Assembly (NCBI GenBank): GCA_039802605.1
Contig: JBDRWW010000006.1
Coordinates: 32,001-96,000 of the forward strand
Length of the DNA stretch: 64,000 nucleotides
Origin: a candidate division WOR-3 bacterium
Lineage (GTDB): Bacteria; Hydrothermota; Hydrothermia; LBFQ01
Direction: 5' to 3'
Part shown: one piece after another, positions 1-9,939 of the stretch
Position numbering within the stretch: position 1 is the first letter of the stretch
How the letters are laid out: each line of letters begins with the position of its first letter
Program-made: the position numbers and the translations under genes
Notes under the pieces: generated by a model
What the model saw: the letters and a program-made list of their open reading frames with translations, nothing else
What the model was told of the DNA's origin: nothing
Database searches by the model: none

Positions 1-1
1 A

Positions 2-859
2 TTTAAAGAGGTTTCAAAGGTTTATGCCCAAGGCGGTTTTTTATTTCTTGGTACCCCGGAGGGTTTAAAAACATTAAACATAATTACATTAAAGGATTCC
101 GTAAAGGGCATACAACTTCCGGAATATAAAGCCGGTGCAAGGCCGGTAGGTATAGCATATTATAAAGGGGTGGTTTATGTGGGGGTTAATAAACTAACCG
201 CTCCCGAAATTAGTGTTGTAAGCTTTACGGATGGAAAACTCATAACCTCAATACCCACTTCGGGAAACATAATTTCCCTTTCCGTATCTTCAAACTACCT
301 TTTTGTCCTAACTTCATTGGGTTTGGAGGTTTATAATATTTCGGATCCAACTAACCCACAAAACGAGGCAAACTTGGTTTTTTCCTCGGGAGCGGCGCTT
401 TCCATGTATGCATCCTATCCTTATATTATGATAGCATTGGGGCAGGATGGGCTTATGATACTTAAAATGGAAGGCAAATCCCTAAGTAAAGTTTATGAAT
501 ACAAGCTTCCCGATGGAAACCCCGTTTTGGATGTTTCACCTTATGGTTCTTATGTTTATTTGGCTGCGGGTAAAGGCGGAATAAAGGTTTTAAACACAAC
601 ATCACCAAACCCCCTCATTGGTGAAATAAAAACGGATAAACCGGTTTCTCGGGTATTGGTGTATGGAAAATACCTTTTAGCATCGTTGGGAGAAGGTGGT
701 CTTGTTATGTATTCTTTGAGTAATCCGGCAAATCCCACACCCGTGGCATATTATTCAAGGGGAATGTTTCTGTACGATATTGCCGTTTATTCCGATGTGG
801 TTGCTTTGGCCTTTGGAACAGGAGGTGTTATAACCCTTAAATCAAGACTCTTGAAGTGA
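2..859 (+). CDS. LVIVD-repeat beta-propeller protein (5' partial)
   Basis: Frame is open from base 2 (FKEVSKVYAQGG...). Repeats such as YLFVLTSLGLEVYNISDPTNP, YVYLAAGKGGIKVLN and YLLASLGEGGLVMYSLSNPANP. Confidence 0.75.
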   Translation, partial: FKEVSKVYAQGGFLFLGTPEGLKTLNIITLKDSVKGIQLPEYKAGARPVGIAYYKGVVYVGVNKLTAPEISVVSFTDGKLITSIPTSGNIISLSVSSNYLFVLTSLGLEVYNISDPTNPQNEANLVFSSGAALSMYASYPYIMIALGQDGLMILKMEGKSLSKVYEYKLPDGNPVLDVSPYGSYVYLAAGKGGIKVLNTTSPNPLIGEIKTDKPVSRVLVYGKYLLASLGEGGLVMYSLSNPANPTPVAYYSRGMFLYDIAVYSDVVALAFGTGGVITLKSRLLK

Positions 860-1593
860 AGCATAGTCAAGTATTCCTAAAAGATGAAAGTTTTATAAAA
901 AGGGTTGTGGATTCCCTTGATGTAAAACCCGGCGATTTTTTCGTTGAAGTTGGGCCTGGAATGGGAAACATCACTTTTGAATTGTTAAAACGGGGTGCAA
1001 AGGTTTTGACGGTAGAGATTGACGAGTTTTTATGTGGCCTTTTGAGGATGAAAGGTGTTGATGTTATATGTGCGGATTATTTAAAGGTTGATATTTCAAA
1101 AGAATTGGAAGAAAGGGGGATTTCCCCACCAATAAGGTTTTTTTCCAGTATCCCATATCACATAACCCACAGCATTTTGTTAAAAATTTGTTCTGAAAGG
1201 AAACTTTATAAGGATGTAAATCTTATTTTGCAATACGAGGTTGGTAAAAAATTAACGGCCGAGCACAACACAAAAGCCTACGGCGCCTTTACGGTTCTGA
1301 TGAGGAGCGTGTTTGATATATCCTTGGTATTTAACATCCCAAACAGGGCTTTTTCTCCCGTTCCAAAGGTGCATTCTTCACTTTTGAGGCTTATACCCAA
1401 ACCGGAAAATTCGGATATAAATTGCGAAAGGTTTTTAAAATTCCTCAACGGGTTTTTCAAAAACAGGAGAAAAAAAATGAAAAACATTTATCCAAGTGTC
1501 CCCAAAGAAATGGAGGATTTAAGACCGGAAAACATACCTCCCGAAACTTGGTTAAAATTCTTCCTTGTTGAAAACAAAACAAGACAACTTTAA
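856..1593 (+). CDS. rsmA: 16S rRNA adenine dimethyltransferase RsmA/KsgA
   Basis: SQVFL start, VEVGPGMG SAM motif, SIPYHIT, FSPVPKVHS, RRKKM. Confidence 0.92.
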   Translation: MKHSQVFLKDESFIKRVVDSLDVKPGDFFVEVGPGMGNITFELLKRGAKVLTVEIDEFLCGLLRMKGVDVICADYLKVDISKELEERGISPPIRFFSSIPYHITHSILLKICSERKLYKDVNLILQYEVGKKLTAEHNTKAYGAFTVLMRSVFDISLVFNIPNRAFSPVPKVHSSLLRLIPKPENSDINCERFLKFLNGFFKNRRKKMKNIYPSVPKEMEDLRPENIPPETWLKFFLVENKTRQL

Positions 1594-1605
1594 AATATTT
1601 GGTGG

Positions 1606-2409
1606 GTGTATAAGGTACAGGTTTCATACGATCTCCTTGAGGCTATAAAAAAGGCTTTGGAAAGTGAAAATTTGTATAAAGATTTGTTAAAAGGGGAAGT
1701 TCGCAAAAAGATAACACCAAACATATTCGAGGAGGCTTACAAGTATCACATATACAAAAATCCCATACATGCCCTTAGGCTTTTCCGCAGGTCAATAAAC
1801 GAAATATTAAAATACGCGGATGGAAAAACTCTAATTGACGAAACGGTTGGAAACTTAAAAAACATAGCAAAGGTGGGGGATCAATATTTAAAACTATTTC
1901 TGGTAAAATTGGATTTAAGCGACATTGAGGATTTTGACAAGGTTTTGGATATAGAGCCGGCCTTGATATTAAAGGAGGTGGATTATAAAGATATTGATAA
2001 TTTGTTTATGGCCGCCGGGCATTTCTTGGAAGCGGCCGAGACATCCTTACTTTTAAGGTTGTACGCTTATTTTCACCTGTTTTACTACAAGTTCTTGGTA
2101 TGCTTCAGCTTAATAAAGAGGATAATTGATATAAAGCGGGTTAAAGGCGCAGACGACCTGATAAAGGTTCATTTGGAAGGGATGGAGGTTATAGAATCAC
2201 TTTTGGTAGAGCATTACAGGTTAAAGGATATGGGCGAACTCAATCTCTCCGTTGAAGAGATGTTTTACACCTTGGAAAATCTAAAAGCCATTTTGATTTC
2301 AAAGTATGAGGATGGGGATTATGTTGGCGTGATAAAGGAATACTTTAAGTTGATGGGTGTTATCGATGCCTTTGAGAAAAGTTTCCTAAACGGTGAAATT
2401 CAACCTTAA
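1606..2409 (+). CDS. hypothetical helical protein
   Basis: 267-aa ORF with TAAAAT 9 nt upstream of the GTG. No recognisable motif. Confidence 0.7.
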   Translation: MYKVQVSYDLLEAIKKALESENLYKDLLKGEVRKKITPNIFEEAYKYHIYKNPIHALRLFRRSINEILKYADGKTLIDETVGNLKNIAKVGDQYLKLFLVKLDLSDIEDFDKVLDIEPALILKEVDYKDIDNLFMAAGHFLEAAETSLLLRLYAYFHLFYYKFLVCFSLIKRIIDIKRVKGADDLIKVHLEGMEVIESLLVEHYRLKDMGELNLSVEEMFYTLENLKAILISKYEDGDYVGVIKEYFKLMGVIDAFEKSFLNGEIQP

Positions 2410-2433
2410 AATACCCGCCAAAGGAGGTTGATT

Positions 2434-2679
2434 ATGGACAGGGCACAAATATTGGAAAAAATTCGTGAGATAGTGGTAGAAGAACTTGGCGTTAGTGCCG
2501 ATAAGGTTACGGAACAGGCAAGGTTCATAGAGGACCTCGGTGCGGATTCCATAGGCGTAATGGAACTCGTGATGAAAATGGAGGATGCCTTTGACATTCA
2601 GATACCCGATCAGGATATAGAAAAGATCCGTACCGTAGGGGATGCCATAAATTATATACTTTCAAAGAAAGGGCAGTGA
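2434..2679 (+). CDS. acpP: acyl carrier protein
   Basis: DLGADSIG phosphopantetheine site. AGGAGG SD precedes ATG 2434. Confidence 0.95.
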   Translation: MDRAQILEKIREIVVEELGVSADKVTEQARFIEDLGADSIGVMELVMKMEDAFDIQIPDQDIEKIRTVGDAINYILSKKGQ

Positions 2680-3926
2680 GAAGGGTTGTTATAACCGGCC
2701 TTGGGGCTTTAACGCCCCTCGGCCACGATGTTAAAGAAACTTGGGAAAATCTGGTTGCGGGTAAAAGTGGGGTTGGTCTGATTGATAGGTTTGATACTTC
2801 AAGCTTTAAGGTTAAGATTGCCGCTCAGATAAAGAATTTTGACCCTACCAAGAGGTTATCGCAAAAAGAGGCCGGTGTTCCGTTAAGAAAACTCGATCCC
2901 TTTGCAATATACACATTATGGGCGGTCGAGGAAGCCATCGAAGACAGTAACTTACTGAAATCGAAATTTGACCCAGATAAGGTGGGGGTTATAATAGCAT
3001 CTGGGATAGGGGGTGTTGAAACCCTTGAAAGGGAAATAATTGAAGGTTATACACGGGGATACGACAAGATAACCCCTTACCTCATCCCAATGATGATACC
3101 GGACATGGCTTCGGGTTTGGTGGCCATAAAGTACGGTTTTAAGGGACCAAACTATTGCACCGTTTCCGCCTGCGCATCCTCCGCTCACGCAATAGGTGAT
3201 GCTATGAGGTTAATACAGTATGGGGATGCGGATGTTATGGTAGTTGGGGGTTCGGAGGCCCCAATAATACCCACGGCCGTCGCCGGATTTTCCGCCATGA
3301 GGGCTTTATCCATGAGGAATGACGAACCGGAAAAGGCTTCAAGACCATTTGATAGGGATAGGGATGGTTTTGTTATGGGTGAGGGGGCGGCGGTTTTGAT
3401 TTTGGAGGAGTACGAACACGCTTTAAGGAGGGGGGCAAAAATATACGCCGAACTCATAGGATATGGCGCCACGGCGGATGCATATCACATAACGGCCCCT
3501 TGCGCCGACGGCGAGGGCGCGGTTAAATGTATGCTTAGGGCTATTAAAGATGCCAAAATAACCCCAGATGATGTTGATTACATAAATGCCCATGGGACAT
3601 CCACAAAACTCAACGATGCGGCCGAAACCCTTGCAATAAAAAGGGTTTTTGGTGAAAGGGCGTATAAAATTCCTATAAGTTCAACAAAGTCAATGATAGG
3701 GCATCTTTTAGGCGCTGCGGGGGCAATAGAAGCCTTGGTAACAGTAATGACGGTTTATACCGATACAATACACCCCACCATAAATTACGAAAACCCTGAC
3801 CCCGAATGCGATTTGGATTATGTTCCCAATGTTGCCCGTAAGCAAAGGGTTAATATAGCATTAACCAACTCATTCGGTTTTGGCGGGCACAATGTTAGCC
3901 TAATATTTAAGAAATTTGAGGGATGA
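2676..3926 (+). CDS. fabF: 3-oxoacyl-ACP synthase II
   Basis: [38 protein letters not shown]. Confidence 0.96.
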   Translation: MRRVVITGLGALTPLGHDVKETWENLVAGKSGVGLIDRFDTSSFKVKIAAQIKNFDPTKRLSQKEAGVPLRKLDPFAIYTLWAVEEAIEDSNLLKSKFDPDKVGVIIASGIGGVETLEREIIEGYTRGYDKITPYLIPMMIPDMASGLVAIKYGFKGPNYCTVSACASSAHAIGDAMRLIQYGDADVMVVGGSEAPIIPTAVAGFSAMRALSMRNDEPEKASRPFDRDRDGFVMGEGAAVLILEEYEHALRRGAKIYAELIGYGATADAYHITAPCADGEGAVKCMLRAIKDAKITPDDVDYINAHGTSTKLNDAAETLAIKRVFGERAYKIPISSTKSMIGHLLGAAGAIEALVTVMTVYTDTIHPTINYENPDPECDLDYVPNVARKQRVNIALTNSFGFGGHNVSLIFKKFEG

Positions 3927-3973
3927 AAAACTTACCCCAATACACACCTTTCACCCTTATAATATTCACCTCT

Positions 3974-4264
3974 ATGAAAAGGTATATTTTATCAATCGCA
4001 TTGGCCGCGGTGGGTGTTATGCTCATAGGCGCCAATGGGTGCGCCGATCAGGAGGCCCGCAACAAGATAGCGGAGTTGGAGTCCAAGGTAGCGGCGGTTG
4101 GCGACCTCCAAAGCAGGATAGAATCCTTGGAAAACAGGCTTTCCGAGTTGGAGGCAAAGATAAGCGAAATGGAAGCCAAGAAAGAAGAGAAGAAAACCGG
4201 CGCGGCAGCTACAAAGGGTACAACGCAACCCAAGACCGGGCCTTTACCCGGTAAGGTTAAGTGA
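3974..4264 (+). CDS. small coiled-coil lipoprotein
   Basis: MKRYILSIALAAVGVMLIGANG-C lipobox, heptad coiled coil, TATAAT 10 nt upstream of ATG 3974. Confidence 0.75.
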   Translation: MKRYILSIALAAVGVMLIGANGCADQEARNKIAELESKVAAVGDLQSRIESLENRLSELEAKISEMEAKKEEKKTGAAATKGTTQPKTGPLPGKVK

Positions 4265-4284
4265 GAAAAAAAGGAGGTATGAGC

Positions 4285-5064
4285 ATGCGTAAGTTTTATG
4301 TTTTAGCGCTTTTAGGCATAGGGGCCTTGGCCCTTGCGGGGTGCGATGGGGGCACCCTTGGAGGGAATCCCGAGATAGTTAGTAAGACGGCTACCAATAG
4401 CGGGGCCGATCTCCAAATAGTATGGAAGAGCGTTGAGAACGCGGAAGAATATAGGGTATACTGCGACGGCAACAAGATATGGAGCGGTAAGGATACCACA
4501 TATACCATAGCGGGTGCCAGCAATGTATGTAAAACCGTAGAGGTTTCGGCTGTCAAGGGAGGTGATGAAAGCAAAACGCCAATAGACCTAACCCCCAAAT
4601 CCGGAAGTATTAGCGGTTTGATTTCTCATGACGGCACGGGTAATTCTTGGGTAAAGATAGACTTTTCAACGGGTGATATAAGTTCAACCCAGCAGAGTAG
4701 CGTAAATCCCAACGCTCCAAATACCGGTTGGTTTGTATTCTTCAACAACTCCGGTAATCCGGAATTTAGGGATGCTTCTGCCACTTCTGTTGGTTCCGCA
4801 AAAATGGAAATGGCTTTCACGGCTTCAAGCAGCGGAAACCTCGCTCCGGGGACGGGGAATTACAATACGGTTAGAGGTACTGGCAATAATGCCTATCACT
4901 TCTTCTGGGCGGATAACACGGCCACAGGATATGGTAGTATGGATAACAACGATTACTTCGGTGTTATAAAGGTAACAAGCCTTACGGGTGCCGGTCCATA
5001 CACGGCAAACCTGGAAATATATGTGCAAAACAAGGTTGCCGGCCTAAGGTGGGTTAAGTTCTAA
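4285..5064 (+). CDS. lipoprotein of unknown function (FN3-like N-terminal segment)
   Basis: SD AGGAGG at 4272, LALAG-C lipobox, IVWKSVENAEEYRVY FN3-like strand. Confidence 0.75.
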   Translation: MRKFYVLALLGIGALALAGCDGGTLGGNPEIVSKTATNSGADLQIVWKSVENAEEYRVYCDGNKIWSGKDTTYTIAGASNVCKTVEVSAVKGGDESKTPIDLTPKSGSISGLISHDGTGNSWVKIDFSTGDISSTQQSSVNPNAPNTGWFVFFNNSGNPEFRDASATSVGSAKMEMAFTASSSGNLAPGTGNYNTVRGTGNNAYHFFWADNTATGYGSMDNNDYFGVIKVTSLTGAGPYTANLEIYVQNKVAGLRWVKF

Positions 5065-5438
5065 CGCGTAAGGTAGGAACAAACAATGGGGGGGCCGAAA
5101 GGCCCCCTTTTTTATTTCAGCATTTGGTTTATATGCCCTTCCATAAGCCTTTTCGTTTTCCCCCTTTATTTCATATAAAAATCGCAAGGTGTAGGGGTCA
5201 TCTTTGGCATACTTTAAAGCCTTTTCAAAGTTTAACCTTATGGAATAGTACACGCTTAAAGCGAAATCCGATATTGGCGTTTCTATACCTTCCCTTTTCA
5301 CCTTCACCGCAAACTCCCCCCCAAATGATACCATCCCCTTAAAATCGCCGTTATCATGGCATCTTCTAAAATACCTTTATCCCCATTCCGTAAGGCATAT
5401 TCAAACTCCGACTTTAACTTCTTTTTATCCATTTCCAT
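5044..5438 (-). pseudogene. frameshifted, truncated paralog of the adjacent 5425..6357 gene
   Basis: MEMDKKKLKSEFEYALRNGDKGILEDAMITAILRGWYHLG joins EFAVKVKREG...ISDFALSVYYSIRLNFEKALKY if one G is removed from a G7 run (5316-5322). The joined product resembles the N-terminus of 5425..6357. Confidence 0.6.
5088..5113 (+). terminator. intrinsic terminator
   Basis: GGGGGCC-GAAA-GGCCCCC stem-loop followed by a T tract. Confidence 0.85.
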
Positions 5439-6357
5439 AAAGTACCTCCACAAATTTAAGCGTATGTTTATGCCAATGCTTGTTTTTTATAATTTCAACC
5501 CTTTCACCGTATTCTTTATACCCCATAAGCAATAATGCCCCTTTACACATGACCTCGTGATAGAGGAACCTCCTATTATAAAACTTATCAGCCCAGAATT
5601 TCAGGTAGTTTTCATCACGGCTCAGGATGGCCTTATATATTTCAAACCATTTAAACATATACAAACTCCTTTCGGTTTTTGCCGTATCAATGGCGCTTTT
5701 GATAAGCCTTTTTGCAATTTGCCCTTTACCCATAAAAACCGTATATGGTATCAAAACCTGCATTATTCTTAAAGAATCGTGGTCATAATTTTCCGAAAGC
5801 GTTAAATTCAAAACCCTCAAAGCCTTCTTCAAATAGCTTTCATCACCCCTTCCCAGTAAAAGGTTGTATATTCCCTCGGCATAAGTTTTTATCGCCAATT
5901 GGCTTATATATTCTATATCATCCTCCGAAGGTTCTAAACCGACAAACTTATCAAAATCCCCCTTGTAAAGGATGAAATACTTTTCCCTTACATCCCTCCA
6001 AAATGTGGATTGTTGGGGATACTGTTTCCTCGCCAATCTATCGTATTTTAAAGCCAAGGGGTTATAGCCGAGATATTCGTAAAAAATCCTTTTACACCTG
6101 TAATAAAACTCACCTTTTCCGTTTGTGTGTTTATAAGCCCTTTTGGAATCCATTTTGGATATGGTATAATATACAACCGACATTAGATCGCTAAGCTCAT
6201 CCCCGCCAAACCTCTTTTCATAAACATTTATGACCATTTTTAACCTTTTAAACCATCCAAAATGGGCTATTTTTAAACCCAACTCTGCCAAATCATCCTT
6301 AGTACCCGTTTCCAATGTGCGCATAAACCCCTTTAAAAAATCGTCCGATATTGGCAT
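5425..6357 (-). CDS. hypothetical helical-repeat protein
   Basis: 310-aa ORF abutting the asnS stop. Amphipathic helices, no family recognised. Confidence 0.7.
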   Translation of the reverse strand: MPISDDFLKGFMRTLETGTKDDLAELGLKIAHFGWFKRLKMVINVYEKRFGGDELSDLMSVVYYTISKMDSKRAYKHTNGKGEFYYRCKRIFYEYLGYNPLALKYDRLARKQYPQQSTFWRDVREKYFILYKGDFDKFVGLEPSEDDIEYISQLAIKTYAEGIYNLLLGRGDESYLKKALRVLNLTLSENYDHDSLRIMQVLIPYTVFMGKGQIAKRLIKSAIDTAKTERSLYMFKWFEIYKAILSRDENYLKFWADKFYNRRFLYHEVMCKGALLLMGYKEYGERVEIIKNKHWHKHTLKFVEVLYGNG

Positions 6358-7680
6358 CTACGGGCTAAATCTTTCTATTGTCCTCGCAAATGGTATGGCT
6401 TCCCTAACATGCTTTATTCCGCATATCCACGCCACCGTCCTTTCAAGTCCCAATCCAAAACCGGAATGGGGAACGGAACCGAATTTCCTCAAATCCAAAT
6501 ACCAATCATAAACTTCCAAGGGCAAACCCGCTTCCTTTATCCTCTCAACCAATGTGTTATAATCGTCTTCCCTTTGACTTCCACCTATTATTTCCCCATA
6601 ACCTTCCGGAGCCAAAACATCAACGCATAAAACCTTGTTGGGATCCTCCGGGTCCAATTTCATATAGAAGGGTTTTATGGACTTGGGATAACGGGTTATC
6701 ATAACCGGTTTATCAAATCTTTCGGATATTATAGTCTCCTCATCCCCTCCAAAATCATCACCGTATCTAAAATCTATTTCCCTACCCTTTGCCCTCTCCT
6801 CTTGCAAAATTTTTGCCGCATCGTCATAAGTTATCCTTGGAAATGGCTTTTTTATCCTTTCAAGTTTCGTTATATCCCTTTCCAAAGTCTCCAATTCAAA
6901 CCTCTTATTCTCCAAAACCCTTTCAACTATATAAACCACCAAATCTTCGGCCAAATCCATTATATCTTCAAGGGTTGCCCATGCCACCTCGGGTTCTATC
7001 ATCCAGAATTCGGTTAAATGCCTCCTGGTTTTTGACTTCTCCGCCCTAAAAGTAGGGCCAAAGGAATAAACCTTACCCAAGGCCATTGCCCCAGCCTCCA
7101 TATACAGCTGCCCGGATTGCGTTAAATAAACCTTGTTTTCGTCAAAATATGGAACCTCAAAAAGTGTTGTGGTACCCTCAACGGATGCCGGGGTAAATAT
7201 TGGCGGGTCAAACCTTACAAATCCCCTATTCTCAAAGAAATCCACAATGGCCCTTTCAACCTCGTCCCTTATCCTTAAAATCGCCCACTGTTTTCTTGAC
7301 CTTATCCACAAATGCCTAAAATGAAATAATTTCCCAACATCGGGTATGTTTTCGGGCCTTACCTTTGGAATGGGATATGTTTCAAGGGATTTTGAGTGTA
7401 TCTTTAAGTCTTTAACATGTATTTCGTATCCGCCTATTGCCCTTTTATCTTCCTTTGCTATTCCCCTTACTATAACCGCATCTTCGTAATCCAACTCATC
7501 GTAAAGGTTAAACACATCTTCCGGGACATCGCTTTTTGCAACAACGCATTGAACAAAGCCCGTGCCGTCCCTAATTATCAAGAAGTGTATTTTACCCGAT
7601 GACCTTTTGTTAAAAAGCCAACCCCTTATCTCAACCTCTTCATCTTTATGTTTTTTTAAATCCTCAATCCAGACATGCAT
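6358..7680 (-). CDS. asnS: asparagine--tRNA ligase
   Basis: OB-fold N-terminus, [48 protein letters not shown]. Start taken at MHVWIE, 9 nt after TATAAT. Confidence 0.95.
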   Translation of the reverse strand: MHVWIEDLKKHKDEEVEIRGWLFNKRSSGKIHFLIIRDGTGFVQCVVAKSDVPEDVFNLYDELDYEDAVIVRGIAKEDKRAIGGYEIHVKDLKIHSKSLETYPIPKVRPENIPDVGKLFHFRHLWIRSRKQWAILRIRDEVERAIVDFFENRGFVRFDPPIFTPASVEGTTTLFEVPYFDENKVYLTQSGQLYMEAGAMALGKVYSFGPTFRAEKSKTRRHLTEFWMIEPEVAWATLEDIMDLAEDLVVYIVERVLENKRFELETLERDITKLERIKKPFPRITYDDAAKILQEERAKGREIDFRYGDDFGGDEETIISERFDKPVMITRYPKSIKPFYMKLDPEDPNKVLCVDVLAPEGYGEIIGGSQREDDYNTLVERIKEAGLPLEVYDWYLDLRKFGSVPHSGFGLGLERTVAWICGIKHVREAIPFARTIERFSP

Positions 7681-7703
7681 AGGTTGGGAATTATAAAGAG
7701 GCA

Positions 7704-8099
7704 TCACTTGCCGATGATTTCTATATAAACCTTTCTACTCCTTGGGCCATCAAATTCGCAAAAGAATACCCCTTGCCATGTCCCGAGAACTATATCGCCG
7801 TTGTTTATTATCAATGTTAAACTCTGACCGACTAAAACGCTTTTTATGTGTGAATCCGCGTTCCCTTCAAGGTGTTTATAAACCTTGTTTTCCGGAACCA
7901 ATTCGGATAGATGTTGGGATATATCAACCCCAACGGAGGGGTCCGCGTTCTCGTTTATTGTTAAGGCGGCCGTTGTATGCGGACAGTATAACACGCATAT
8001 ACCCTCCTTAACCCCACTTTCTTTAACAACCCTCCTAACCTCATATGTTATATCAACCAGTTCGTTCCGCTTATTCGTCCTTATGTTTAAGGTTTTCAT
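7704..8099 (-). CDS. yjbQ: YjbQ/UPF0047 family protein
   Basis: [39 protein letters not shown]. Confidence 0.92.
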   Translation of the reverse strand: MKTLNIRTNKRNELVDITYEVRRVVKESGVKEGICVLYCPHTTAALTINENADPSVGVDISQHLSELVPENKVYKHLEGNADSHIKSVLVGQSLTLIINNGDIVLGTWQGVFFCEFDGPRSRKVYIEIIGK

Positions 8100-8977
8100 C
8101 CTATCTTCTCGTTTAAAACATAACCCTCATCGGCGTTTATTATGAAGTTATCTATAAGCCTTGCTTCTGGAAACCTAACGGCTATTGCGAGCAATACCTC
8201 ATCCGAAACTATATTTACGGGTTCAAGGGTTTTGGTGCTCGCTATTTCAACATAATCTATTTTGGCACTCGGTGCGTTTTCGTTTAAAAACTTTTTCATC
8301 TCCCCTTTTATTTTTTCAGATATCCTCTCACCCGAGAAAATCATTTCCTTGCCGAGTTTTAAAGCCTTGTATATTGCGGTTGCCTGTTTACGGCTCTCTT
8401 CGGATAGGTATTCGTTCCTTGAAGACATGGCCAAACCATCCGGTTCCCTAACGGTCTCATGCGGTAAAATCTCAATATCCAAATTCAAATCCCTAACCAT
8501 CCTCTTGATTATGTAATACTGCTGGGCATCCTTTAAACCGAAAACCGCAAAGTGGGGTTTGACTATGTTAAAGAGCTTCAAAACTACCGTTGCAACCCCC
8601 CTAAAATGCCCCGGCCTAAACTCCCCCTCCATATACCTGTCGAGGTTCTTAACCTCAACATATGTAGAAAAATCTTCGGGATACATATCCTCAACCGTAG
8701 GATAGAATACGGCTTGAACCCCTTCCATCTCACACTTATACCTATCCTCTTCAAACCTCCTCGGATACCTGATATAATCCGAGCCGGGTTCAAACTGTAA
8801 AGGGTTTACAAATATGCTAACAACGAGAAAATCGCTTTCCTTCCTCGCCTTTCTTATAAGCCTTAAATGGCCTTCGTGCAAGGCCCCCATAGTGGGCACA
8901 AAACCTATAACCTTTCCCTCTTTACGCAAGTTATTTACCAACAACTGCATCTCTTTTGGATTGCTTATAACGAGCAT
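8096..8977 (-). CDS. panC: pantoate--beta-alanine ligase
   Basis: [41 protein letters not shown]. Confidence 0.96.
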   Translation of the reverse strand: MLVISNPKEMQLLVNNLRKEGKVIGFVPTMGALHEGHLRLIRKARKESDFLVVSIFVNPLQFEPGSDYIRYPRRFEEDRYKCEMEGVQAVFYPTVEDMYPEDFSTYVEVKNLDRYMEGEFRPGHFRGVATVVLKLFNIVKPHFAVFGLKDAQQYYIIKRMVRDLNLDIEILPHETVREPDGLAMSSRNEYLSEESRKQATAIYKALKLGKEMIFSGERISEKIKGEMKKFLNENAPSAKIDYVEIASTKTLEPVNIVSDEVLLAIAVRFPEARLIDNFIINADEGYVLNEKIG

Positions 8978-9014
8978 GATAAAGAATTCTAAGGGTGGGT
9001 GGGATTTTAAAACT

Positions 9015-9857
9015 TTAAAAGCCGTTTATCCAACTCCCCTCTTCTTCAACACCCAAATACTTGTTTAAAGCCTCTACGGTTTTCTTCATAACCTCTAACC
9101 TATCTATTTTCCTTTCAAACTTTACATTGGTCGCAGAAACGGGAACCCAAGATGTCGTATCGTATTTCATAGATAAACCATAATATTGCCCCTTTATACC
9201 TTTTATGTTATCCTTTCCACCTTTCCAAGGACCCGATATATTACCCGCACCCGCAAAGAATTCGGCATATACAATGGTGGATATACCTCTGCAAAGGCTT
9301 GTGAGCGTTTTGCTTACACTCGTCTTGTTTGCGACATCCGTTATTACGGTATCCCAAGAAAAGTTTACATAAACCGAACCATCGGTGCAATATCCATAAG
9401 CCTCCACCAAAATAGCCGATACCTGTTTTTCATCGGGTTTTCCCCAAGATATATTCAGCTCCCCGCCGGTTATTTTTACCGCCAATCCGCTTAGTTCGTT
9501 TGGGAGTTTTATCTTTGAACTTATCTTCTTTTCACCCTCGTTTAGATCTTTGTAGGTTCCACTCATTTCAACCTCCGCATTGGGTGAAACTTTGGGCAGT
9601 GTATCAAAACCCGAATACTCCCCAAAGAAATATGAAGTGTTTTCATCAGGAATATTCCTACCGTTAAAGGATATTTGTGGTTTGTAGTTTGGACTAACGG
9701 CGTTGATTTGGAAATCATGATAACTATAATCACCATAATATGGATCGTTCACATAGGCGCTGAGAGCCCTCATATATGCCGTAGGCACGGACTTCCTACA
9801 AGATAGGATGACACCCATCAAAATGCCTGCAAAAAGCAAGACCCTGAAAAATCTCAT
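9015..9857 (-). CDS. lipoprotein of unknown function
   Basis: SD AGGAGG then MRFFRVLLFAGILMGVILS-C lipobox. Confidence 0.75.
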   Translation of the reverse strand: MRFFRVLLFAGILMGVILSCRKSVPTAYMRALSAYVNDPYYGDYSYHDFQINAVSPNYKPQISFNGRNIPDENTSYFFGEYSGFDTLPKVSPNAEVEMSGTYKDLNEGEKKISSKIKLPNELSGLAVKITGGELNISWGKPDEKQVSAILVEAYGYCTDGSVYVNFSWDTVITDVANKTSVSKTLTSLCRGISTIVYAEFFAGAGNISGPWKGGKDNIKGIKGQYYGLSMKYDTTSWVPVSATNVKFERKIDRLEVMKKTVEALNKYLGVEEEGSWINGF

Positions 9858-9939
9858 ATTTATACCTCCTTTTTTATATATCCCACCCACCCGGATTGGT
9901 ATTATAAAGCTGTTCCTTTTCAAGTCTGGCGATTTACAC

